In this document: one piece after another, positions 39,184 to 46,942 of the stretch
How positions within the stretch are numbered: the first letter of the stretch is position 1
Layout of the letters: every line of letters begins with the position of its first letter
Assembly: GCA_964544225.1 (NCBI GenBank)
Contig: CAZIZK010000002.1
Span: 69,452-133,451 of the forward strand
Direction of reading: 5' to 3'
Length of the DNA stretch: 64,000 bases
DNA from: an uncultured Candidatus Saccharibacteria bacterium
GTDB lineage: Bacteria; Patescibacteriota; Minisyncoccia; Phycocordibacterales; UBA9973
Program-made: the position numbers and the translations under genes
Notes under the pieces: model-generated
The model's database searches: none
What the model saw: only the letters and a program-made list of their open reading frames with translations
What the model was told of the DNA's origin: nothing

Positions 39184-39906
39184 TTATATACCCGCTACGC
39201 CAAATAGTTTACCAATACCGAATGTTACAACCATGGCGATAATACCGCCTAGCACCACGCGTATAGTAGCCTTTGTCTTGTTCGCACCACCAGCATGCGC
39301 ACTAAGTGTGCCAGTGAATATGAGCGCTATTAGTACAGATACGAAAGTAAATACTATCTTCCACCCTGCTGGGGCTATAATAACAGCGATGATAGGTATG
39401 ATCGCTCCGCAGAAGAATGCTGCACCCGATGCATAGGCTGCATGCATTGGGTCGGTCAGGTTGTTTGGGTCGATACCTAGCTCGGCATCTAGGTGGGCGG
39501 CATAGGCATCCTTGGCAGTGAGTTCCTTTGCCACAACTTCCGCTGTGGCGCGTGATAGGCCTTTGCCTTCGTATATTGTGACCAGTTCCTCTAGTTCCTG
39601 TTCTGGTAAGTTGTCCAATTCGTATTGCTCTTTTGCCATGAGGGCCTTCTCGGTATCGCGCTGAGTACTGACCGATACATATTCACCCACCGCCATAGAC
39701 AATGCGCCCGCCACCAGTGCTGCCACACCTGCAGTGAGGATGAACTTCGTATCGCTCGATGCACCAGCCACACCGACTATCACAGATGATACCGACACAA
39801 TACCATCATTGGCACCGAGTACGGCTGCACGTAGCCAGTTGAGCTTGGAATTGCCTATATTACTATCTAGTTGCACATGAGTAAGTGGGTCGCGTAATTT
39901 ATCCAT
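39184..39906 (-). CDS. VIT1/CCC1 family iron/manganese transporter
   Basis: N-terminal ..LRAAVLGANDGIVSVSSVIVGVAGA is the VIT signature. 5 TM. Confidence 0.8.
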   Translation of the reverse strand: MDKLRDPLTHVQLDSNIGNSKLNWLRAAVLGANDGIVSVSSVIVGVAGASSDTKFILTAGVAALVAGALSMAVGEYVSVSTQRDTEKALMAKEQYELDNLPEQELEELVTIYEGKGLSRATAEVVAKELTAKDAYAAHLDAELGIDPNNLTDPMHAAYASGAAFFCGAIIPIIAVIIAPAGWKIVFTFVSVLIALIFTGTLSAHAGGANKTKATIRVVLGGIIAMVVTFGIGKLFGVAGI

Positions 39907-39937
39907 ATATAAATATTATTTTTATTATTAAGAATTT

Positions 39938-40336
39938 TTACCAATTCAATCGAGTTATTGTTAATTGCAAAACTGTAGCAAATGATACCCATAACAAATA
40001 CGGTATCTGGATATAGGCAATCCAACGTGCGTGTGGGTAGATAGCTACCATTAGCCATACAATAGTAATCAAGATCAATACTATATCAATAGCAGCCAAT
40101 AAATTATTTTTTAATCCAAATTGAAAATAAGTAAAAGAGAAATTAAAAATCAAATTTAAAATAAAAGGCAATACTACAATAAATGGGATCTGCTTGTTGT
40201 AGAACATCATAAATACTTTACCAAAAGATATGGCAATAAGTATATACAAGAATGTCCAAACAGGCCCGAATAGGAAGCTCGGTGGTGACCATGTTGGCTT
40301 GATAAGTGTGCTGTACCAGTTGTATGAATTATTCAT
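39938..40336 (-). CDS. TspO/MBR family protein (short)
   Basis: WYSTLIKPTWSPPSFLFGPVWTFLY matches the TspO N-terminal consensus. Confidence 0.6.
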   Translation of the reverse strand: MNNSYNWYSTLIKPTWSPPSFLFGPVWTFLYILIAISFGKVFMMFYNKQIPFIVVLPFILNLIFNFSFTYFQFGLKNNLLAAIDIVLILITIVWLMVAIYPHARWIAYIQIPYLLWVSFATVLQLTITRLNW

Positions 40337-40375
40337 ACATACATTATAGCACTTTCACAAATAATATTGTGCGTT

Positions 40376-40735
40376 TTAGTGTAGCTTGTGGTATGAACGA
40401 TAAGACACGAACAATACTACGATAGCAATAACAGGTAGCAATAGGAAAGTTGATACACCCATTACGAAATACATACTCAATAGTGCTGCGATAAAGTCGA
40501 ATGCGAACCCAGCATAAGCCCATTCTTTTATTGTCTTTGGAACTTGTGGTATTACTAGAGCCAATGAACCTAGAACTTTCGCGAACACTATCATACCTAC
40601 AAAGTATGCAGGGTAACCCAAGCCCACTATGCCAGCAGTAGCAGATCCGTTCATATAAGCAACCACTTCCATTACACCTTGTGTAAAGAATATTAGTAAA
40701 GTTGTAACCCAAAACATTATTTTGTATTTTTTCAT
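40376..40735 (-). CDS. DoxX-like membrane protein
   Basis: Starts MKKYKIMFWV. 120 aa with 4 TM. The ORF caller's start at 40942 is upstream of an in-frame hydrophilic non-genic stretch. Confidence 0.5.
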   Translation of the reverse strand: MKKYKIMFWVTTLLIFFTQGVMEVVAYMNGSATAGIVGLGYPAYFVGMIVFAKVLGSLALVIPQVPKTIKEWAYAGFAFDFIAALLSMYFVMGVSTFLLLPVIAIVVLFVSYRSYHKLH

Positions 40736-40761
40736 ATTTTTTATTATAACAAATTTTATTT

Positions 40762-41280
40762 TTATTTTGTATTGTATGCCCAGTGTAGTAGTGCCTGGCG
40801 CTGGCGTGGTCGGCAGTGTATGTCGCCAGGCCTGCAGTTCGCACTGATCTGGCCTAGGTGCCTGCGGATAGCCTTCCACCTCTTTATCTGCCTCGCATCT
40901 TCCTTTGGAATCCGGCGCCCCATATAATACCGGCAGTACCATTGGAACCAGCCTCGGGGGTCATCCTTGTGTATCCAGTGCTTTACCTTCCACTCGGCTA
41001 GCGACTGGCTTGCATTGACTCCAAAATAATTTAACCCTGGTTCCCTCTTTGTACCTTTGGCCATTTTTGCCCGGGTGAACCAATCCTTTGGAAATTCTTT
41101 TATACAATCACGCATGTATATGCCACCGAATACGCCCATTGCCAGCATTTGCTTTGGGGTAACATTTGGCTTGAACTCGGGGTCGAAATTCTTGCCCACC
41201 GGCTCGGTCAGTACATATTCGTAACCCTTTTGCATTTTGTCATTTACTACGACTTTTTTATTTTGCTTTTTTTGCTTCAT
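40762..41280 (-). CDS. Conserved hypothetical protein (DUF4385-like)
   Basis: GGIYMRDC..LNYFGV..GWFQWYCRYYMGRR..EDARQIKRW conserved blocks. Confidence 0.45.
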   Translation of the reverse strand: MKQKKQNKKVVVNDKMQKGYEYVLTEPVGKNFDPEFKPNVTPKQMLAMGVFGGIYMRDCIKEFPKDWFTRAKMAKGTKREPGLNYFGVNASQSLAEWKVKHWIHKDDPRGWFQWYCRYYMGRRIPKEDARQIKRWKAIRRHLGQISANCRPGDIHCRPRQRQALLHWAYNTK

Positions 41281-41531
41281 TTTGTTTTGTAATTTTTTAT
41301 TAATTCTAGCTTTTGTGTGCGGGTCAATTTCTTTATTTTCGCTTCTGCTATCGATGCCCGGGACCGGTCGCGGAACTTTCTGGAATATACCAGTGTCACA
41401 GGCCTGCGTGCCGATGTATATTTGGCACCCAACTTGCTTGTGTTATGTTCACCCACACGCCTCTTTAAATCGGTTGTAATGCCCGTATACAGCGTTTTAT
41501 CCGCACATCTGAGTATATATAGGTGGTACAT
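41277..41531 (-). CDS. GIY-YIG nuclease superfamily protein (YhbQ/UPF0213-like)
   Basis: YHLYILRCADKTLYTGITTDLKRRVGEHN is a GIY-YIG signature. Start taken at MYHLY (ORF caller start 41585). Confidence 0.7.
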   Translation of the reverse strand: MYHLYILRCADKTLYTGITTDLKRRVGEHNTSKLGAKYTSARRPVTLVYSRKFRDRSRASIAEAKIKKLTRTQKLELIKNYKTK

Positions 41532-41602
41532 TATTTTATTATAGCACTTTTGTGGATAATTTATTTCCTTGCCTATTATGATCATTTTGATATAATTTCA
41601 AG

Positions 41603-41893
41603 ATGAATCAATTAATTATATTTTTTTATAATACTATCTTTATTTATCCTGTATTTTTTGTATTTTGTATAGTAATACTATTTTTAACTCGTAAGGAATA
41701 TAAGGGTATTAAAAATAAACAAAAAAACGATTTAAGTAATAATGAAAAATTTGTCATTTTTTTATATAAATTAAGTAAAATATATGCTTATATATTTACT
41801 ATTGCAGTTGTATTATATTATTTAACTGGTACATTTGAACTTTTTTACGGAATAATTAGAGTTGCCTGTTCAGATAATATTTGTCTTAACTAA
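41603..41893 (+). CDS. Small AT-rich hypothetical membrane protein
   Basis: 96 aa with 2 TM. Very AT-rich, so it may be non-coding. Confidence 0.25.
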   Translation: MNQLIIFFYNTIFIYPVFFVFCIVILFLTRKEYKGIKNKQKNDLSNNEKFVIFLYKLSKIYAYIFTIAVVLYYLTGTFELFYGIIRVACSDNICLN

Positions 41894-42159
41894 TCTGCTT
41901 GGCAGAATATAGCACCTTCTTTTTGAAGTAGTTTAGCTTTTGCCATGCTTCCACCACGATTGTAGTCGCCCACTTTACCATCGCTACGTATGACACGGTG
42001 GCAAGGCACATCTGGCTTGTAATTCCCCTTCATGATACTACCCACCACTCGACAAGCTCGTGGCGAGCCTGCACGTGTAGCGACTTGTTTATAAGTCATT
42101 GTTTTACCCTTTGGTATTTTACGGACAATGTCTAGCACCTTTTCATTAAAACTTTTCAT
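41890..42159 (-). CDS. ogt: Methylated-DNA-protein-cysteine methyltransferase family protein (MGMT DNA-binding domain only)
   Basis: PCHRVI active-site motif and HTH region. 89 aa. Confidence 0.75.
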   Translation of the reverse strand: MKSFNEKVLDIVRKIPKGKTMTYKQVATRAGSPRACRVVGSIMKGNYKPDVPCHRVIRSDGKVGDYNRGGSMAKAKLLQKEGAIFCQAD

Positions 42160-42168
42160 TGTATTTTA

Positions 42169-42657
42169 CTACTTCAAATAACTATCAAAGTATATAGCAT
42201 GACAGGTGTAGCCACCTGGGTTCTTTTGTAGAAAGTCTTGATTAAAATCTTCAGCGACCCAGAATTTGGTAAATGGCTCAAGTGTTGTTACTACAGGCCC
42301 CGGCCATCGGCCGGAATCGTTGACTATTTTTATAAAATCTTTCGCTTGCTTTAATTCACTTTCATTCTGGTAGAATATCGCACTCCTATATGAAGTACCC
42401 ATATCATTACCCTGCTGGTTGAGTGTAGTTGGGTTGTGTATCTGAAAGAAGAAGTCCAGCAACTTCCAGAAGCTCGTAATATTTGGGTCATAGACTATCT
42501 CTATTGCTTCAGCATGGCCTGCATGGTTCTCATAAGTAGGATTTTCCACAGTCCCACCAGTATACCCTGCGGTAATATCCAATACTCCCGCCTGACTTCG
42601 CATCAGTTCCTCGAGGCCCCAGAAGCACCCACCAGCTAAATATGCTTTGTTATTCAT
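42169..42657 (-). CDS. msrA: Peptide methionine sulfoxide reductase MsrA
   Basis: GGCFWGLEE active-site motif. Confidence 0.9.
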   Translation of the reverse strand: MNNKAYLAGGCFWGLEELMRSQAGVLDITAGYTGGTVENPTYENHAGHAEAIEIVYDPNITSFWKLLDFFFQIHNPTTLNQQGNDMGTSYRSAIFYQNESELKQAKDFIKIVNDSGRWPGPVVTTLEPFTKFWVAEDFNQDFLQKNPGGYTCHAIYFDSYLK

Positions 42658-42664
42658 AAAATAA

Positions 42665-42961
42665 TTATATCACCTTTATAAATACTTTTATTTCATCACC
42701 TGGGTAGATATCTTCCGCACGCAATACCTTTTTATTTATACATATTAGGTATTCCACTTGTTTAGACTTTTTATTTACTGTGTGTGGGAAAAGTGATGTA
42801 TTCCATATTGTATGGCCCACCTTTACCTGCACTTTTACAAAGCCTTTTGTGTACACCTGGCGGATACCTTCGGACACCTTTTTATCGAGCGTTACAAAAT
42901 GCCAGCCCGCATCGCCCGGCCACCGCCACACCTTTGCCTTGATTGTAAAATCCTTCTTCAT
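42665..42961 (-). CDS. DUF1905-like small protein
   Basis: VWRWPGDAGWHFVTL..motif. 98 aa. Confidence 0.45.
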   Translation of the reverse strand: MKKDFTIKAKVWRWPGDAGWHFVTLDKKVSEGIRQVYTKGFVKVQVKVGHTIWNTSLFPHTVNKKSKQVEYLICINKKVLRAEDIYPGDEIKVFIKVI

Positions 42962-42980
42962 CTATTTCTCTTCTTATTTT

Positions 42981-43427
42981 TTATTTAACTATGTACCAAA
43001 CCAGCATTACTAAGCTACTCCACCAGCCAATGTCGGAAATTATCAAACTTGCCATTATTTTATTCTGTAGTGTTTGTGGTAACAATTCATTTACCCTACC
43101 TTCAGCCTCCATCTTCAGTAGAAATGGGCTCACGTAGAATGACAGGAAAAGACCATTGAGTACTAAAATAACAGCAATGATTGCATGATACATTGGTATG
43201 CCAGCTAATGGCACATTGTTGTAAAACATGAACCCACCAATAATCGCAATTATGGTACCCGCCCATATCATTGGCTTTGTTACTTTGTGTGTGCGTATTG
43301 TCGCCTGTGTCCAATAAATTGATTTACGCCCTAGGAACCCATGAATATCGATAACAGTCACCGCCCCGAGGCCGATGATAAACCCAGCGATCATTAGAAA
43401 TAGTCCGATAAAATTTAATGTAATCAT
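42981..43427 (-). CDS. Hypothetical membrane protein
   Basis: 148 aa with 4 TM. Confidence 0.45.
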   Translation of the reverse strand: MITLNFIGLFLMIAGFIIGLGAVTVIDIHGFLGRKSIYWTQATIRTHKVTKPMIWAGTIIAIIGGFMFYNNVPLAGIPMYHAIIAVILVLNGLFLSFYVSPFLLKMEAEGRVNELLPQTLQNKIMASLIISDIGWWSSLVMLVWYIVK

Positions 43428-43428
43428 T

Positions 43429-43818
43429 TTATATAAACTTTGTTATAACTACGTTGATCACTGCCATAGATAGCATCAATAGTGCCGGCACTGTGCGAAT
43501 AAATGGGTCCTTTACCTTTATATGCATAGACACTGCACCCAGCATTAGCAATACTAACAATGCGGATGCCGGATATACAACCACTGGCACCCAGAAGCCT
43601 ACTATCATGAGTGTGGCTATCAGCATCTTGCCTGCACCTATTAAATACATGAACCACTTCGGCAGACCATACGCTGCGAATTCGTCGGCCATATTACCTG
43701 CGCCACCTCCGCGATATTTAGTCGGCTTGTTGAATCGTACGAGCCATACATTGATCAAACCAAAAGCAATAATTATTTGAAAGATGTAAACAATATACAT
43801 AGGCATTATTTGTGACAT
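43429..43818 (-). CDS. DoxX-like membrane protein
   Basis: 4 TM. ..NKPTKYRGGGAGNMADEFAAYGLPKWFMYLIGAGK..is typical of the DoxX-like family. Start taken at MSQIMPMY, downstream of the 43848-43860 promoter. Confidence 0.5.
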   Translation of the reverse strand: MSQIMPMYIVYIFQIIIAFGLINVWLVRFNKPTKYRGGGAGNMADEFAAYGLPKWFMYLIGAGKMLIATLMIVGFWVPVVVYPASALLVLLMLGAVSMHIKVKDPFIRTVPALLMLSMAVINVVITKFI

Positions 43819-43847
43819 AAATATAAGATTTAATTTTAATATATAAA

Positions 43848-43888
43848 TATTATACCACAAAGGCCCAAGTGTCCCCTTGGGCCTTTGG
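43848..43888 (-). promoter_or_regulatory. Terminator-hairpin + TTTGTGGTATAAT extended -10 module
   Basis: Minus strand reads ggcccaaggggacacttgggcc-TTTGTGGTATAAT. The same module recurs at 46401-46438. Confidence 0.55.
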
Positions 43889-43923
43889 TATTTAACTATC
43901 TAGGTATATAATGCCCTTATGAT

Positions 43924-44041
43924 CCCGTTAGAGGCCGCGGTCACGCTAATCAATACGGAATTGTATCATTTAATTTATAATATTAATTAGGTTAGGAGTG
44001 TTTCTATTTTAGAATATAGATCGCGACCTGCCTCTAACGGG
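43924..44041. mobile_element. MITE-like element, copy A
   Basis: CCCGTTAGAGGCCGCG..CGCGACCTGCCTCTAACGGG terminal inverted repeats with an AT-rich interior. Flanked by ATGAT (43919-43923) and ATGAAT (44042-44047). The right flank is the start codon of the PhnA-like gene. Confidence 0.6.
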
Positions 44042-44281
44042 ATGAATAATGAAGAAGACGAAGATGTAGTAATACAGCGCGATGCCAACGGTAACATATT
44101 GGCCAATGGTGACAGTATTACACTGATAAAGGATTTAAAATTAAAAGGTAGTAGCACTGTGATAAAGAAAGGCACAAAGGCCAAGAATATTCGCCTGACC
44201 GATGTTGAGGGCGAGATAGAATGCAATATCGACGGCATGCGTGGTATAGTCCTAAAAACTGAATTTATCAAAAAAGCCTAA
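44042..44281 (+). CDS. PhnA-domain protein (lacks the N-terminal zinc ribbon)
   Basis: DANGNILANGDSITLIKDLKLKGSS..KKGTKAKNIRL matches the E. coli PhnA C-terminal domain. Confidence 0.65.
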   Translation: MNNEEDEDVVIQRDANGNILANGDSITLIKDLKLKGSSTVIKKGTKAKNIRLTDVEGEIECNIDGMRGIVLKTEFIKKA

Positions 44282-44352
44282 TCCAACGATTAGGCTTTTT
44301 TGATTGACATTTCTATATTTTCATGTTAATTTAAAGAAAAATTTAAACAACC

Positions 44353-44835
44353 ATGAACTTAATTGATTTTAATCAAAAACCAACATCAATAGCGCCATAC
44401 GAATTTGGCCACGATGTAAACCGAGAGAATTTTGTAAATTTTCTAATTCTTAGTTACGCTGTTTCCAGAGGAAACTTTGTAATTCAAAAAGTCTTCTTTG
44501 TAATGTATAAAAGAAAGTTTGGCTTTCCTTGGAAGCATGTCATACAAGACTTTTATGAAAGTGGCGGATACGATGCCCTAACCGAAGACGAACAACAAAT
44601 TTTTAAAAAAGCATTCCGCAACGTTTCTGCTCATATGGAAAAATACATTGAGATAGAAATTGAAGATGAAATCCGAGATGAAATCGATGGTTTGGGTGAC
44701 CGGCCAGAAAATCAAGGAGAAATTACTTTTAATGCTGCATTGAGCTTTTTTAAATTCGAGGAGATAAATTCAATTGCTGAATTTAATGCAACCGCAAAAG
44801 AATTCAATTCAAAATTTGAATCTTCATTAAACTAA
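44353..44835 (+). CDS. Hypothetical protein
   Basis: 160 aa ORF. No recognisable motif. Confidence 0.4.
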   Translation: MNLIDFNQKPTSIAPYEFGHDVNRENFVNFLILSYAVSRGNFVIQKVFFVMYKRKFGFPWKHVIQDFYESGGYDALTEDEQQIFKKAFRNVSAHMEKYIEIEIEDEIRDEIDGLGDRPENQGEITFNAALSFFKFEEINSIAEFNATAKEFNSKFESSLN

Positions 44836-44855
44836 GCTTGGAACAACTAAAAAAT

Positions 44856-44890
44856 TAAAGCGACACAATTTGTCGCTTTTTTATTTTTTA
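44856..44890. terminator. Bidirectional terminator (aaagcgacacaatttgtcgctttttt)
   Basis: Hairpin with flanking A-run and T-run between convergent genes. Confidence 0.65.
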
Positions 44891-45408
44891 TAATATTTAC
44901 ACCCTTTTACATGCGCGCCAGGTAGCAGGCCTATGGACATGAGGAATTCATTTACTATTTCCCCGCCGGTAAATTTAAATGTTTTCTTGAACAATTTCAC
45001 CCACTCCCCTTTATTTAAATTTGGATACTCCAAAAGCCATTTATGGAACGACCCATGTTTCTTTTGTAACCCTATTATTACATTGGCATTATGTATGGCC
45101 GCATCTACCTTTAGCCTGTTACGGATTATCCCCGCATCGGCCAGTAGTCGTGCACGGTCAGTATCACCATACTTTGCTACCTTTTTAATATTAAAATTAT
45201 TATAAGCTTTTCTAAAATTCTTTTGCTTGTTTAATATAGTGTTCCAGCTTAGGCCGGCTTGGTTTATCTCCAGTATCAACCTTTCAAATAAATCATTATC
45301 GTCATTTATATCCACGCCATAGAATTGGTCATGGTATACACGGTGCACATTGTCCGGTGGTAATGTCTTTACATAATCACAATAAGATTTTGGTTTTTCT
45401 TTTCCCAT
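44881..45408 (-). CDS. tag: DNA-3-methyladenine glycosylase I
   Basis: CxY..YHDxEWGVP-like N-terminus (YCDYV..YHDQFYGVD), EINQAGLSW and Zn-binding Cys. Confidence 0.85.
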   Translation of the reverse strand: MGKEKPKSYCDYVKTLPPDNVHRVYHDQFYGVDINDDNDLFERLILEINQAGLSWNTILNKQKNFRKAYNNFNIKKVAKYGDTDRARLLADAGIIRNRLKVDAAIHNANVIIGLQKKHGSFHKWLLEYPNLNKGEWVKLFKKTFKFTGGEIVNEFLMSIGLLPGAHVKGCKYYKK

Positions 45409-45417
45409 TTGAGTTTA

Positions 45418-45451
45418 AACATTCCTACATTCTCAAGAATGTAGGAATGTT
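45418..45451. promoter_or_regulatory. Perfect 16-2-16 palindrome P1 (candidate ArsR-family operator)
   Basis: AACATTCCTACATTCT-CA-AGAATGTAGGAATGTT. Lies 10 bp upstream of the tag ATG and overlaps the last codons of the regulator gene. Confidence 0.6.
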
Positions 45452-45717
45452 TTTATGAACTTTGTAATTTGTTTTCCGTATGGTGAAAGAGAGTGCGCTA
45501 CTTGCCTACCCTTGTAGTTTTTATTTAGCAAGCCTGCTTGCACCAGTCTGCGAGTATGTTCAGAAACTGTTTTAAAATTAGCTTTCAATTGTGTTGCTAT
45601 TTCGTCGACAGTAATACCATCATGCTTTTCAACTATCAGGAGGATGTCTATTCGACGATGATTCGCGATACCTTTGAAGTGCCTCTCGATCTGTTTACTT
45701 GTTTTGATCTTTTGCAT
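45433..45717 (-). CDS. ArsR/SmtB-family winged-helix transcriptional regulator
   Basis: ..RRIDILLIVEKHDGITVDEIATQLKANFKTVSEHTRRLVQAGLL.. HTH. 94 aa. Leaderless-type promoter (TGATATAAT 8 nt before the ATG). Confidence 0.75.
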   Translation of the reverse strand: MQKIKTSKQIERHFKGIANHRRIDILLIVEKHDGITVDEIATQLKANFKTVSEHTRRLVQAGLLNKNYKGRQVAHSLSPYGKQITKFIKTFLHS

Positions 45718-45733
45718 GTTTTAATTATATCAA

Positions 45734-45767
45734 GACATTCGCACATTCTCAAGAATGTAGGAATGTT
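45734..45767. promoter_or_regulatory. Palindrome P2 (candidate operator overlapping the regulator's own promoter)
   Basis: gACATTCgcACATTCT-CA-AGAATGTAGGAATGTT, two mismatches from P1 and P3. Sits immediately upstream of the -10 of the ArsR-family gene. Confidence 0.6.
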
Positions 45768-45814
45768 TATAAAGGGATGAGGGAGGATTAGGAGGAGGGT
45801 TTAGTGATAGAGGG

Positions 45815-46180
45815 TTACTTCCCTTCTACGAATTTGAGTGATATTGAATTTACACAGTGGCGGGTGTTTTTGTCTGTTAGCATCTCGCCTTCGAATACGT
45901 GGCCTAGGTGGCCACCACAGTTTGCACAAGTGATCTCTTGCCCATAATATGGATCAATATAAGAGGCTCTTTTGATAGCACCTGGAATCTCCTGATCAAA
46001 ACTTGGCCATCCGCATGTATATTCGAATTTATCCTTTGAGTCATATAGCGGTGCATTGCACTGCTTGCACACATATACACCCGTTGCTTTGTTATTCACA
46101 TACTCACCGGTAAAAGGCATCTCGGTCCCTTTGTCCACTATCACCCTCTTCTCTTCCTCTGTTAGTTGATTTAATTGCAT
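45815..46180 (-). CDS. msrB: Peptide methionine sulfoxide reductase MsrB
   Basis: SelR domain with CxxC..CxxC zinc site and catalytic RHCVNS. Start taken at MQLNQLTEEEK. The ORF caller's 5' extension overlaps the upstream small gene. Confidence 0.85.
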   Translation of the reverse strand: MQLNQLTEEEKRVIVDKGTEMPFTGEYVNNKATGVYVCKQCNAPLYDSKDKFEYTCGWPSFDQEIPGAIKRASYIDPYYGQEITCANCGGHLGHVFEGEMLTDKNTRHCVNSISLKFVEGK

Positions 46181-46190
46181 GTTATTTTTT

Positions 46191-46394
46191 TTATAACGGA
46201 ATTCCAAAACATAAAGATCTTTCTTCGGCATCTGCCAATTCTTTTGTAGGAGTATAGGTAAAGCCATAGCAATGCTTCTTTTCATTTGCCTCCCATGCAT
46301 CGTATATTTCTTTTGTTGTATAACCTGGGTACGTAACAAATGACTTTGGGAAAAAGAATACTGCTATTAAAATAAAAATTATCAAGTATTTCAT
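46191..46394 (-). CDS. Small secreted/membrane protein upstream of msrB
   Basis: MKYLIIFILIAVFFF signal/TM. 67 aa. Leaderless-type promoter 6 nt upstream. Confidence 0.35.
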   Translation of the reverse strand: MKYLIIFILIAVFFFPKSFVTYPGYTTKEIYDAWEANEKKHCYGFTYTPTKELADAEERSLCFGIPL

Positions 46395-46400
46395 AAGCCA

Positions 46401-46438
46401 ATTATACCACAAAGCCCGAGTGTTCCCTCGGGCTTTTT
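46401..46438 (-). promoter_or_regulatory. Terminator-hairpin + TTTGTGGTATAAT extended -10 module
   Basis: Minus strand reads gcccgagggaacactcgggc-TTTGTGGTATAAT, with the -10 six nt before ATG 46394. Confidence 0.55.
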
Positions 46439-46445
46439 ATTATAA

Positions 46446-46483
46446 TGAACATTCCTACATTCTCAAGAATGTAGGAATGTTCA
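46446..46483. promoter_or_regulatory. Perfect 18-2-18 palindrome P3
   Basis: TGAACATTCCTACATTCT-CA-AGAATGTAGGAATGTTCA, upstream of the small-protein/msrB operon promoter. Confidence 0.6.
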
Positions 46484-46487
46484 TTGG

Positions 46488-46739
46488 TTAATTTTTTCTC
46501 CAGCGTGGGGCGAAGCGGATCATGAATGTGTAAAACTTGGCTAATATATATGGGGTGCCACTTTTACGCATGGATTCGTAGCAGACTTTTTGAAACTCTT
46601 TCAAGTCATTGCCTTCGTAACAAAGCTTGCCGCCCTTGTAGCACAGGCTACAATAAATATCGCTCTCCCTTACCCCTGGGTCCTTACTAAAAGGCATTAA
46701 ACAACTCTGACACGCATTACATTTTTTGTTTTGGCTCAT
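46488..46739 (-). CDS. Putative zinc-ribbon domain protein (Zn_ribbon_2-like)
   Basis: CNACQSCLMPF..YCSLCYKGGK pattern. Confidence 0.5.
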   Translation of the reverse strand: MSQNKKCNACQSCLMPFSKDPGVRESDIYCSLCYKGGKLCYEGNDLKEFQKVCYESMRKSGTPYILAKFYTFMIRFAPRWRKN

Positions 46740-46942
46740 ATAAATATATTACTAAAATATTTTCTAGAGGTCAAAAATTTTTCAAATAAATACTCTATTT
46801 GACTAACGATTTACTTAATAACAGATTGGACTAAGTATAAAATATCCTTACTAAATAATAATCTTTTAGTAAAATTAAAAGTTTTATTTTAATGTAGCTT
46901 TAAATTTAAATACAAACTAGCGCTTTATTCATCTATTGAATT

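Noticed and set aside
40742-40942. 5' extension of the DoxX-like ORF 40376..40942 (MVLPVLYGAPDSKGRCEADKEVEGYPQAPRPDQ..)
   Set aside because: Hydrophilic, Pro/Gly-rich and overlapping the 3' end of the upstream gene. The membrane protein plausibly starts at MKKYKIMF (40735).
43924-44041. Riboswitch or structured 5' leader interpretation of the CCCGTTAG..CTAACGGG elements
   Set aside because: The three copies have unrelated interiors and are bounded by 5-7 bp direct repeats. Copy B lies upstream of the promoter rather than in a transcript leader. No match to any riboswitch consensus I know. Mobile-element origin explains the data better, although transcription as leaders is not excluded for A and C.
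45418-46483. CRISPR array or terminators as an explanation for the three 34-38 bp palindromes
   Set aside because: They are perfect dyads, not direct repeats with spacers. Spacing is irregular (about 316 and 712 bp) and no cas genes are present. Only P1 is followed by a T-run. Positions relative to promoters fit operators.
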